This document shows positions 32,461 through 41,563 of a stretch of 64,000 nucleotides of DNA, one piece after another (position 1 is the stretch's first letter; each line of letters begins with the position of its first letter). The position numbers and the translations under genes are program-made. The notes beneath the pieces are model-generated. The model ran no database searches. It was not told the DNA's origin and was given only the letters and a program-made list of their open reading frames with translations. The stretch is from NCBI GenBank assembly GCA_028688055.1, contig JAQTYZ010000003.1, positions 66,752 to 130,751 on the forward strand, written 5' to 3'. This DNA is from Patescibacteria group bacterium (GTDB taxonomy: Bacteria > Patescibacteriota > Patescibacteriia > Buchananbacterales > UBA6539).

Positions 32461-33750
32461 TTATTTTACTAGAGAGACCTTTTGGTTTTTAAGATAGAGT
32501 TCAGTTTTTAAACAAGCCAATATCTCCCGCTTCTCATCGCGAGTTCCTTCGGCTAGTAAGTATTTAACGTATTCCTTGATGTCCACTTCGGACATTTTTA
32601 TTTCATCTCGGTTATTACCCTTGGAAATTAGCGTATTAAATTTTTGGTAACGCTCCATTTCCTGCTGCATTTTTTTCAGCGTACCCAACTTATCCAGTTC
32701 AATCTGATCAATTATTTTGAGCAACTCCTCGATTAATGTTTCTTCTCTGACGTACGCTTCTTTGCAATTGTAATCTTTGAATCGGTTACAGTGGTAGTAG
32801 ACGTAGCGTTTTATTGAACCATCATGTTTGATCTTTTTGAATTTATCTTCGGCTGTGACCCCTGATCCGCATGAACCACACTTAATCATGTTGGCGAAGT
32901 CAAATTCTTTGGTACCAGGTTTTAATTTCGGTGCTACCTCGAGATGTATCTTGACTTCGTTAAATAGATCTTTACTGATTAATGCCTGATGCGAACCTTT
33001 GTAGAATATTCCTGAACCCACCGGATACTCAAACTCGCCGTAATAGAAATGATTTTTGAGCATATTGTAAATACTACTCAATGCTATTTTCTTTCCGCTC
33101 CTCGTCCTAAATCCGATTTCATTCATCCATCGCTTGAGTGCCCGACCACTGTATCCTTGGTAGGCAACCTTTTCAAACATTTGAGTGATTACCGGCGCTC
33201 GCTTTGGATCAAGATATACTTTCCGCTGACCCTTCGTTTCGCCAATTCCGTGGAGGTAACCAATCGGAGGATAGCCTGGTCGCCAGCCCTGTTCACATTT
33301 GGCGCGAAGCCCTCGTTTAACATTCACTCCCTTGGCATCGTTTTCTAGTTTGGCAGTACTACCTAGGATCATCAACAAGAATTTTTCGTTCGGTGAATTA
33401 CCAAAGGTTTGTCCGTAGGTTTTTATCTGCTTCAAGATTCCCTGATCCATAAAATCAATGAGCTTGCCAAGGTCACCGGCGTTTCTGCTCAACCTATCAG
33501 GTGCCCAAGTTAAAATGGCGTTGTATTTTTCAGTTCGCAATGCCTCAACCATTTTATTAAATACCGGTCGTTTACCCGAATCTTTAGCTGAATGAGACTC
33601 CTCAAATGTCTCAAGGATTTCAATATTTTCTCGTTTGGCCACTACCGCCATTTCTTTATTCTGTGTTGGGATAGAAAGCTGTTGGAGTTCGTCAGACTCC
33701 GTGCTTTTCCGGCTATAGAGGCAATACCTCAAATTTTGTTCTAAGTCCAT
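32461..33750 (-). CDS. Large serine recombinase (resolvase, recombinase and Zn-ribbon domains)
   Basis: YSRKS catalytic Ser, SAK..GKRP.F, DRLSRN, PIGY, N.FYYG, CGSCG. Confidence 0.92.
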   Translation of the reverse strand: MDLEQNLRYCLYSRKSTESDELQQLSIPTQNKEMAVVAKRENIEILETFEESHSAKDSGKRPVFNKMVEALRTEKYNAILTWAPDRLSRNAGDLGKLIDFMDQGILKQIKTYGQTFGNSPNEKFLLMILGSTAKLENDAKGVNVKRGLRAKCEQGWRPGYPPIGYLHGIGETKGQRKVYLDPKRAPVITQMFEKVAYQGYSGRALKRWMNEIGFRTRSGKKIALSSIYNMLKNHFYYGEFEYPVGSGIFYKGSHQALISKDLFNEVKIHLEVAPKLKPGTKEFDFANMIKCGSCGSGVTAEDKFKKIKHDGSIKRYVYYHCNRFKDYNCKEAYVREETLIEELLKIIDQIELDKLGTLKKMQQEMERYQKFNTLISKGNNRDEIKMSEVDIKEYVKYLLAEGTRDEKREILACLKTELYLKNQKVSLVK

Positions 33751-33818
33751 ATTATTGATGGTTATTACTTATCAACTACATGGATGACGCACCGGTGGCT
33801 GGGTGTCCAGTTCCCATT

Positions 33819-33838
33819 GTAGGTAAACTGTAGGTAAC
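33819..33838 (+). repeat. Island boundary motif copy 1
   Basis: GTAGGTAAACTGTAGGTAAC; related copies at 39558 and 42666. Confidence 0.7.
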
Positions 33839-34035
33839 TTAAAATCGATATTTTGGCTTTACTTTGGTTAATTTTTTTGGTATTTTATATGTAGTGAATC
33901 TGATTAATACTTGTTGAATAATTAGGCGCAACATAACTTATTTGCCTATAGGTTTTGCGCTGTTAATGAATAGATCAGTAAAAGCCCTTCTTATGATTAC
34001 GATTTTGAAGTTAAAATCGGAAAACAAAAAATAAT

Positions 34036-34950
34036 GTGGCATTATTTAAAATAATCGGCTCAACCGTAAAAAAAATCACCGCAAAAGAGCTTGACTTGGA
34101 GAAAAACCTGCAGACGCTTTTTGAAAATAATCTGGAGGAGTTATTGAACATTTTTTTTCTATCTCATGAGCATTCAACTGGCTTCGGTGGTAGAATTGAC
34201 ACACTCGGCATAGACAAGGATGGTGCGCCCTGCATTATTGAATACAAAAAAAATCAGAACAACAATGTTATCAATCAGGGACTTGCTTACCTTTATTGGC
34301 TGTTAGATCACAAAGCCGATTTTGAGAAAATTTGTCGGAATAATAAAATTGGTATCGAAATCGATTGGGATTCTCCCCGAGTTATTTGCGTAGCTGAAAG
34401 ATACAACAATTTTGATCTGGATACGGTCAACGTTTTGCCGATTAATGTTGAGCTTTGGCGCTACCGTATTTACGACGAAAATATTCTCTTTTTAGAGCCG
34501 GAGAATTTCCAGAAAGTTCGAATATCTACGGCCAGTATTATGCGGAAGACGAAGTATGATAGGGAAAAGCAGGAAATTATCCAAAAAAATTATTCGGTGG
34601 GAGAGCATCTTGCAAAAGCAGGTGAAGACATTAAATCGCTGTTTTTGAAGTTGCGCGAGAAAATAATCTCACTCGACACCGAGATTAAAGAAGATCCACA
34701 AAAAAACTACGTGGCTTATAAGTTATCAACGAATTTTGCGGACGTGGAAATCTACCGCAATCAACTTAAAATTTTCCTGAATGTAAAAAGCGGCCAGCTT
34801 AATAATCCTGATTCCATTGCCCGTGATATGGAAAATCCAAGGCACATCGGTCACCACGGCAATGGCGACTATGAATTAAAGCTGGAAAGCGATGAAGATA
34901 TGGATAAGGTGTTTTCACTTATCAAGCAAAGCTACGATCTGAATAAATAA
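34036..34950 (+). CDS. PD-(D/E)XK (NucS/DUF91-like) nuclease with DUF5655-like C-terminus
   Basis: GRIDTLGID...IIEYKK...QGL.Y; GHHGNGDYE. Confidence 0.75.
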   Translation: MALFKIIGSTVKKITAKELDLEKNLQTLFENNLEELLNIFFLSHEHSTGFGGRIDTLGIDKDGAPCIIEYKKNQNNNVINQGLAYLYWLLDHKADFEKICRNNKIGIEIDWDSPRVICVAERYNNFDLDTVNVLPINVELWRYRIYDENILFLEPENFQKVRISTASIMRKTKYDREKQEIIQKNYSVGEHLAKAGEDIKSLFLKLREKIISLDTEIKEDPQKNYVAYKLSTNFADVEIYRNQLKIFLNVKSGQLNNPDSIARDMENPRHIGHHGNGDYELKLESDEDMDKVFSLIKQSYDLNK

Positions 34951-34954
34951 TATT

Positions 34955-36025
34955 ATGAGTACTCGATCACTAAATAGAAGTCTTCATAAGGCAAGCCAGG
35001 CAAAAAATGATGAGTTTTATACTCAGCTTGGCGATATTGCTAATGAGCTCCGGCATTACCGAGACCAGCTTAGCGGCAAGGTGATTCTTTGTAATTGCGA
35101 TGATCCATTTGAGAGCAACTTTTTCAAATATTTTGCAGCTAATTTCAACACGCTTGGGCTCAAGAAGCTCATCGCCACTAGTTATCAGAAGTCGCCGATT
35201 GTCGGCGGACAACTATCGCTTCTTGATATTGAAGGGCTCAAGCCGGAAGGGAGAGAACCGTATGTGGTGGAGATCAACGAAGTGCCGGATATGAATAGCG
35301 ACGGAGCGATAAGTTTGGATGATGTAGAGCATCTGCTTAAGCACAATAAAAATATCGCGATGCCGCTTAAAGGTGGCGGTGATTTTCGAAGTAAAGAATG
35401 TATTGAGCTTCTTAAAAAAGCCGATATTGTCGTCACCAATCCACCGTTCTCGCTCTTTCGGGAATATGTCGCACAGTTAATTGAGCATAACAAAAAATTT
35501 CTTATAATCGGCAGCAAAAACGCTATCACATACAAGGAAATTTTTAAGCTCATAAAAGAAAACAAATTGTGGCTTGGATATGGCTTTGCGGCCGGAAACG
35601 CATTTTTCAAAATTCCGGCAGAGAAAGCGCGCGAATTTGCGGCTGGTGTATATGATTCAAAAACTGGCCTTGTAAAGTTTCGTAATGTTGGATGGTTCAC
35701 CAACCTTTATGTTGATAAATCCGAAGATCCGATCACGCCCTATCTCACCTATGAGCAGGGACGCAAGAAAGGGCTTTATCCGAAATATGACAACTATGAC
35801 GCTATTGAAGTTTCGAAAGTCGCAGAAATTCCAAGTGATTACAAAGGCGTTATGGGCGTGCCTATAACGTTCTTAGACAAATGGGCACCCGAAAGCGGCA
35901 TAGAGATAGTCAAATTCAGAAAAGGCGATGATGATAAAGACCTAGCGTTTACGAGAGAGAGAGAGAGAGTACAACCGTACTTCAGAATACTCATTCGCTA
36001 TCGTCGGGCAAACAGGAGTCATTGA
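34955..36025 (+). CDS. Adenine-specific DNA methyltransferase, EcoRI-methylase family, with internal (GA)8 tract
   Basis: DEFYT, CNCDDP, GDFRS, VTNPPFSLFREY, YDNYDAI, GVMGVPITFLDK. Confidence 0.88.
   Translation: MSTRSLNRSLHKASQAKNDEFYTQLGDIANELRHYRDQLSGKVILCNCDDPFESNFFKYFAANFNTLGLKKLIATSYQKSPIVGGQLSLLDIEGLKPEGREPYVVEINEVPDMNSDGAISLDDVEHLLKHNKNIAMPLKGGGDFRSKECIELLKKADIVVTNPPFSLFREYVAQLIEHNKKFLIIGSKNAITYKEIFKLIKENKLWLGYGFAAGNAFFKIPAEKAREFAAGVYDSKTGLVKFRNVGWFTNLYVDKSEDPITPYLTYEQGRKKGLYPKYDNYDAIEVSKVAEIPSDYKGVMGVPITFLDKWAPESGIEIVKFRKGDDDKDLAFTRERERVQPYFRILIRYRRANRSH
35953..35969 (+). repeat. (GA)8G microsatellite in MTase
   Basis: ACGAGAGAGAGAGAGAGAGTAC. Confidence 0.95.
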
Positions 36026-36229
36026 GCCAGATGGAATCTGTATTGAGTACAAGGCGGGCAGGCCGTACATTAAGGGACAAAGGAAGTATGCGAGATTATT
36101 TATTAAGCAAAAACAAATTTGAAATCCTTGGCATCGCAAACTCTGCGCGATGGATAGGATACAAATTATATACGATTATAGATGGCCGAAAAATTTACAA
36201 TAGGATTATAATTAGACGAAGATAATAAT

Positions 36230-37327
36230 ATGAATATAGAACTCAAAAATATCAAAATACGCGACGTAGTGAAGGGCTACAAAGACAGTGGCGAGAGCGG
36301 CGTGGTTGGTTACGGCGGCAAACTAAACATTCGTCCGGCGTTTCAGCGCGAGTTTATTTACGGCCAGAAAGAGCGCGACGCTGTTATAAGGACAGTACGG
36401 TCTAGCTTCCCGCTCAACACAATGTATTGGTCGGTGGACAGAGACGGCGGCTTTGAACTCATGGATGGACAACAGCGCACCATTTCTATTTGCCAATATG
36501 TCACCGAGATTATCCCAATAAAGTTTGATGACGGCTACGAACTGGCATTTAACAATTTGACCACCGATCAGCAAGAGAAGATTTTGAATTATGACCTCTC
36601 CGTCTATATCTGCGAAGGAACGGAAAGCGAAAAACTTGCATGGTTTCGGACGATCAATATCGCAGGCAAGCCATTAACCGATCAGGAACTCTTAAACGCC
36701 ATGCACACTGGGCCGTGGCTTGCCGATGCCAAACGCTGGTTTAGCAAGACAGGCGGACCGGCGTATCAGATTGGCGAAAATTATGTAAACGGCTCGCCGA
36801 TTCGCCAAGATTATCTGGAAAAGGCGCTTGACTGGATTTCGGATGGAAAGATTGAGAATTATATGAGCCGCCACCAGCAAGACAAAGACGCGCAGGAATT
36901 GTGGCAGTATTTTCAAGAAGTCGTAGCATGGGTTGAGCGCGTATTCCCCGAGTATCGAAAAATTATGAAGGGCTTAGAATGGGGGCGATTTTACAATGAG
37001 CACAAGGGCGATAAATTAAATGCGGCAAGCTTGGAAAAACGAATTGCGGGATTGATTGAAGATGACGAAGTAGATAATAAGAAAGGTATTTATGAATATC
37101 TTTTGACCGGAAACGAGAAGACGCTCAATCTGCGCGCCTTTGATGAAAAGACGAAAGTTAAACAGTACGAGAAACAGAAAGGAATTTGCCCGACATGTAA
37201 GAAACATTTTGAAATTGATGAAATGGAAGCTGATCACATTGTTCCATGGAATCAAGGTGGAAAAACAATGGAGAAAAATTGCCAGATGCTGTGCAAACAG
37301 GACAATAGGACTAAGTCTGGGAAATAA
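36230..37327 (+). CDS. DUF262 (ParB/GmrS-like) plus HNH endonuclease
   Basis: P.FQR, DGQQR, F..IN..G..L; C-terminal CPTC...DHIVPW..GG.T..NCQMLC..DN. Confidence 0.88.
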   Translation: MNIELKNIKIRDVVKGYKDSGESGVVGYGGKLNIRPAFQREFIYGQKERDAVIRTVRSSFPLNTMYWSVDRDGGFELMDGQQRTISICQYVTEIIPIKFDDGYELAFNNLTTDQQEKILNYDLSVYICEGTESEKLAWFRTINIAGKPLTDQELLNAMHTGPWLADAKRWFSKTGGPAYQIGENYVNGSPIRQDYLEKALDWISDGKIENYMSRHQQDKDAQELWQYFQEVVAWVERVFPEYRKIMKGLEWGRFYNEHKGDKLNAASLEKRIAGLIEDDEVDNKKGIYEYLLTGNEKTLNLRAFDEKTKVKQYEKQKGICPTCKKHFEIDEMEADHIVPWNQGGKTMEKNCQMLCKQDNRTKSGK

Positions 37328-37330
37328 AAA

Positions 37331-38698
37331 ATGAGTATGAACATGGAAAATTCAAAATGGAAAAAGAAAGATATCGCTATTAAAGACCTTTTGCTGTGGG
37401 ATGAAAACGCGCGTTTTTCTGATCAGTATTTTGACCTCTCGGAAGAAGACCTGTTGAAACATTTCTTAATAAGTAAATTTCAGCTACTTAAACTTGCTGG
37501 CGAGATGGAAAAAGATGCCGACCTTCCTCAGTTGGAAAAAATTGTTGTCTGGCGTTCCAATGATCGTAATATAATTCTTGAGGGCAATAGACGAATCGCC
37601 GCATATAAATTACTGGCAAATCCGAAATTGGCCGGTGTTCAAGAAAGTAAATTTTCAAAAATTGGGTCAAAGGTTGGGATTTCCGAAGACTTCGAAGTTG
37701 AATGTCTTGTCACTGAAGATTTGGAACAAGGTTACCGATTTATCGAGAGAAAGCACCTTAATCAAAACAACGAAGTTTCTTGGGGTTCAAATGAGATCGC
37801 CCATCATAAAGATCGCCGAGGAAAGGCCGGTGAAAAAGAACTAATAAGAGTCGGTATTACGAAAGTTGTTAATGACCTCGAAATGGCAAACGAGTTAAAG
37901 GAAGCCGTCTTGGGACCGGGATATGTAACTACTTTTTGGAGACTGACCGGACAAACACCCGCCCAGCAGTATTTTGGCTTCTCTTTCGGTGATGATAAAA
38001 AGTTGAAAATAAAAGATGGTGACTTCGATAAAAAACTGAAAGTTATTGTCTGGGATGTACTCAAAAACGGCCAGTATAAGGGAAAGTTGTTTTCTCGTTT
38101 AAATAATGCGGAAATATCGGATTATTTGAAAAATATTTCTGATAAAGATTACAATCGAGCATCGCAAGAGATAGAAGAGGCAGAAAACAATAAACAGAGT
38201 GATCTTTTCGGGAAAGCGAGCGTTGCTACGAACTACAATTTTAGGATACGAAAAACTCCGGTTACTAAAACTGGAAACGACCTTTTCGGCAGGACTTTAG
38301 CTTTACAGTCCGGCCATGTAAATGATTTATATCGCGCCCTTGCAGATATTGATAAAAAAAATCAAGGTAACGATGCGGTTTTGCCGTTTTTGGGTATGGC
38401 CCTGCGTCTTTTAGTAGAAGTTGCCGCTCGCGTGCATTATGACAATAATGGCGACAAAGAAAAAGCTAAAAAGGATCAAATTTGCGAGATATTTTTGAAA
38501 GAAGCGAAGAAGAAACTAAATCAGCATCGAAAAAATGATATTTCCCTTACTAATGATTGGCTTTCAGATAAAAGAAATCTTAGTGCTATTTTGGACAAGT
38601 ATGCTCATGGCCAAATTGTTTGTAAACGTGCCGATGTATTAAAAGATTCATACATTGTCGCTGATATTTTAGATTTCTACTTCGAAAAGAAGTCTTAA
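37331..38698 (+). CDS. ParB/Srx-like N-terminal domain plus putative HEPN-like C-terminal domain
   Basis: NARF...EGNRR.AA.KLL; C-terminal LRLLVE...LDKYAHG. Confidence 0.55.
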   Translation: MSMNMENSKWKKKDIAIKDLLLWDENARFSDQYFDLSEEDLLKHFLISKFQLLKLAGEMEKDADLPQLEKIVVWRSNDRNIILEGNRRIAAYKLLANPKLAGVQESKFSKIGSKVGISEDFEVECLVTEDLEQGYRFIERKHLNQNNEVSWGSNEIAHHKDRRGKAGEKELIRVGITKVVNDLEMANELKEAVLGPGYVTTFWRLTGQTPAQQYFGFSFGDDKKLKIKDGDFDKKLKVIVWDVLKNGQYKGKLFSRLNNAEISDYLKNISDKDYNRASQEIEEAENNKQSDLFGKASVATNYNFRIRKTPVTKTGNDLFGRTLALQSGHVNDLYRALADIDKKNQGNDAVLPFLGMALRLLVEVAARVHYDNNGDKEKAKKDQICEIFLKEAKKKLNQHRKNDISLTNDWLSDKRNLSAILDKYAHGQIVCKRADVLKDSYIVADILDFYFEKKS

Positions 38699-38703
38699 TT
38701 TAT

Positions 38704-39552
38704 ATGCAAAAGATACCACGAAAAAGAAACCAAAAATTACACTGTAGCCCGTTAAGATATCCCGGAGGGAAGACTTTTTTATTTCCTTTCTTTGATAATG
38801 TCATAAAGGATAACGGATTGGAAAAGGTTACCTATGTCGAACCGTTCGCCGGTGGTGCCGGTGCGGCACTGGTTTTGCTACTATCCGGGAAAGTTGATCG
38901 CATTGTGATTAATGACTTGGATAAAGCTATCTATGCTTTTTGGAAATCGTCTATATTTAATCCCGACAAATTTATAAAAAAGATAAAATCAACCCCGGTA
39001 ACCATTAATGAATGGAAAAAGCAAAAGGCGATTTATAATAACCCGAAGGCTAGTCTCTTTGATCTCGGTTTTGCCACTTTTTTTCTCAATAGAACTAATA
39101 CGTCCGGCATTTTGGACGGCGGACCTATTGGAGGATTAAGACAAAAAGGTAAATACAAAATCGATGCCAGATTTAACAAGGACACTTTGATAGAACGAAT
39201 ACAGCGGATAGCCACACATAAAAAGAAAATATCAGTTTTTAATAAGGACGGACTTAGGTTGATTGGTGAGTATTTAAATAAAAAGAATACATTTATATAT
39301 CTTGACCCACCTTATTTTGAAAAAGGCGCAACACTTTATCTAAACCACTATAAAAAAGAAAATCACGAGGCTCTGGCTAAAAAGCTAAACGATAACCCTG
39401 ATGCCTTTTGGCTGTTAACGTATGATAACAAAAAAGAAATTAAGTCACTTTATTCGAACAGACATATCATCAACTTTTCGCTGAATTACAATGCCTACAA
39501 ATCCCGCAATGGTAGAGAAGTTATGATTATGTCAGATGCGCTCATAAGGTAA
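38704..39552 (+). CDS. Dam/D12-class DNA adenine methyltransferase
   Basis: SPLRYPGGK, EPFAGG, INDLD, YLDPPY. Confidence 0.92.
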   Translation: MQKIPRKRNQKLHCSPLRYPGGKTFLFPFFDNVIKDNGLEKVTYVEPFAGGAGAALVLLLSGKVDRIVINDLDKAIYAFWKSSIFNPDKFIKKIKSTPVTINEWKKQKAIYNNPKASLFDLGFATFFLNRTNTSGILDGGPIGGLRQKGKYKIDARFNKDTLIERIQRIATHKKKISVFNKDGLRLIGEYLNKKNTFIYLDPPYFEKGATLYLNHYKKENHEALAKKLNDNPDAFWLLTYDNKKEIKSLYSNRHIINFSLNYNAYKSRNGREVMIMSDALIR

Positions 39553-39557
39553 AGCAG

Positions 39558-39577
39558 GTAGACAAACTGTAGATAAC
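39558..39577 (+). repeat. Island boundary motif copy 2
   Basis: GTAGACAAACTGTAGATAAC, just after the MTase stop and before the DGR promoter. Confidence 0.7.
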
Positions 39578-39603
39578 CTAAAAGCTCAAAATATGCTAGA
39601 ATA

Positions 39604-39632
39604 TTGACAATATTACGATATTGTGGTATTGT
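39604..39632 (+). promoter_or_regulatory. Sigma70 promoter of DGR target gene
   Basis: TTGACA-17-TATTGT with extended TG. Confidence 0.6.
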
Positions 39633-39719
39633 AATATATCCGATTACCAACGTGGTAAAAGGTCCCCAGCCTCGGGGAGAGGCAGATACCAACTGGCCAT
39701 CGGCTAGGAGGATAGGAAA

Positions 39720-40685
39720 ATGATGTGTACTTTGACGGGAGTTTCCGACCTTGACGAGTTGTCTCATGCCCATTGGAAGGCGTTAGCCAACAAATGCGGC
39801 GGTCTGGAAAATGTTATTGCCGTCCTGCAAGGAGAGCAAGAGATTACCCTCCGGGAAATCATCAAGCTCCTCATTGACCGGAACGGTCGTGGCATCCCCG
39901 ACAAGTCGGTGGTGAAGTCGAATGTGTGCGACGCAAACCGCGCATACTACTTTGACCGCCTGCCGGACGATTACGACTTTGCCGCCATGCTGTCATTGTG
40001 GCAGGAGCGCTTCAAGCAGAATCCGGGCATGGATGCCAAGGAATTCCGCGAGCGTATCGCTGGCATCCGGGGAATGATTGCGGCTAACCGCCAGATCAGA
40101 AATCTGGACACACCAAACGCCGCGCCGTGGTTCCCGCTTATCCTGCCGCAGATTCCGTTGCAAAAGCCCGAAGGCGACGAAGCAGTCGAGGCCAAACAAA
40201 TGGACTACGGCACATTGCTCGAAGACACCTTGTTGCCCGCCGTCGAGGCGAGTTACATTGCGGCCTACCCCCAGCGGCAGTTTATCAACTACCGCAAGGG
40301 TGAGCTGTCAGGACAGGTGACGATCGTCGAGGAACGTCACGCCAAGCTCTACCAAGACTTGGCCAACGGTCCGATTATCGGGATTTTGTTCCCGACAGCG
40401 TTGCACGGCTTCAGCCCGTTTGCCCAGCGCGAGATGATCACCCTTATGCCAGAGCACTGCTCACTTGAGGGACCGATGGACATGGGTGTCGCCGAAACGC
40501 TGTACACACGGCAACTGTCGCGTGACAACAACACGCCCGTGAAAGACTGCTCTGCAGTCCAATGGCGGGACCCCGAGTACTCGCTGTACTTCAACGCCGA
40601 CGACGACGAGCTCGGGTTCGACTACGGGGACGACCTCGGCCTTGCGTACGGCGGCTCTGCGGGTGGGGTGTTCTTCCGCGGGTAG
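39720..40685 (+). CDS. DGR target protein with C-terminal variable region
   Basis: Last 40 codons are the VR; ends GGVFFRG; visibly more GC-rich than its neighbours. Confidence 0.88.
   Translation: MMCTLTGVSDLDELSHAHWKALANKCGGLENVIAVLQGEQEITLREIIKLLIDRNGRGIPDKSVVKSNVCDANRAYYFDRLPDDYDFAAMLSLWQERFKQNPGMDAKEFRERIAGIRGMIAANRQIRNLDTPNAAPWFPLILPQIPLQKPEGDEAVEAKQMDYGTLLEDTLLPAVEASYIAAYPQRQFINYRKGELSGQVTIVEERHAKLYQDLANGPIIGILFPTALHGFSPFAQREMITLMPEHCSLEGPMDMGVAETLYTRQLSRDNNTPVKDCSAVQWRDPEYSLYFNADDDELGFDYGDDLGLAYGGSAGGVFFRG
40563..40682 (+). repeat. DGR variable repeat (VR)
   Basis: 120 nt, ungapped with TR; 16 mismatches, all opposite TR adenines. Confidence 0.96.
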
Positions 40686-41049
40686 TGAATTGGTCTTTGA
40701 CCTTTGGTACCTTGATACTTTTGGTGCCTTGGTCAGATCACGCTACTTATTTAATCGAGAGGGTTCAAAGCTTCGGCTGCGAACCCTCTCTTCTTTTTGT
40801 AAAATTTGGTATAGTACAATATGAAAGTAGGCAGTGCGTCTTGGTTTACGGATCAAGGCCGTCGAAATCCTTTGTTTCTGCAAAGTGCCAGAATTTGATA
40901 GCTCATGGGTTATCAGAGCGTGCATCCTAAGAAATAAAGACACTACGTGTTTTTCTCTAGTGCCTAGTATGGGCCAAATAAAATTCAGAAGATGGCTCAC
41001 GAGTGAGACAGAGTCGCTTCGGTGCTTTGGATGGAGAACAACACTTTTC

Positions 41050-41169
41050 TGGCAGGACCCCGAGTACTCGCTGTACTTCAACGCCAACGACGACAAGCTC
41101 AAGTTCGACAACAGGAACAACCTCGGCAATGCGAACGACAACTATGCGGGTGGGGTGTTCTTCCGCGGG
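41050..41169 (+). repeat. DGR template repeat (TR)
   Basis: AAC-rich copy of VR, followed by hairpin GAGACCTCCG-TAT-CGGAGGTCTC (41188-41210). Confidence 0.96.
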
Positions 41170-41215
41170 CAGTGTCTTTACTTCAAGGAGACCTCCGTAT
41201 CGGAGGTCTCTTATG

Positions 41216-41551
41216 TTAGTTGAGTGACCGCTGCCATCCACCGAGCATTTTGCCTATTTCATGGATTCGTTCCTGAAGCGCAATATATTTTTTAGTGTCC
41301 AGCGCTTTAACGTCTTTAGCTAGACGGATTAGGATTTTCAAAGTATCAAATTTAAGGTTCGCCTGCTGTATTAATGCGAGCTTTTTGTCTTTACTGCTGT
41401 TACTTGCCGCGATTAGCGATTCCATGGTTGCCAAAATATACAGCTCACATTTTGCGCCCAGCGTATACTTGTCTTTTTTAGGAAATAGAGCAAGATATTC
41501 ATAGAATAGTTTGTAAAGTTCATATGTTTTAAGAATTAATGGAGTATCCAT
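41216..41551 (-). CDS. avd: DGR accessory protein Avd (four-helix bundle)
   Basis: FPK.DKY.LG, L..LIRLA, EIGKMLGGW; start assumed at ATG 41551. Confidence 0.88.
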   Translation of the reverse strand: MDTPLILKTYELYKLFYEYLALFPKKDKYTLGAKCELYILATMESLIAASNSSKDKKLALIQQANLKFDTLKILIRLAKDVKALDTKKYIALQERIHEIGKMLGGWQRSLN

Positions 41552-41563
41552 AATACTTTTTGT

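Noticed and set aside
36022-36225. Independent 67-aa gene
   Set aside because: Frame is open back to the (GA) tract and resembles an MTase C-terminal module; better explained as an alternative tail.
40690-40735. TTG-rich 7-9-nt quasi-repeats after VR as a defined homing element
   Set aside because: Too degenerate to define; the nearest clear hairpin (40757-40790) looks like a terminator.
40834-41223. 129-aa ORF spanning TR as a second DGR target
   Set aside because: It contains the adenine-intact template, and its upstream part has no similarity to the target and no good start; TRs are often open by descent.
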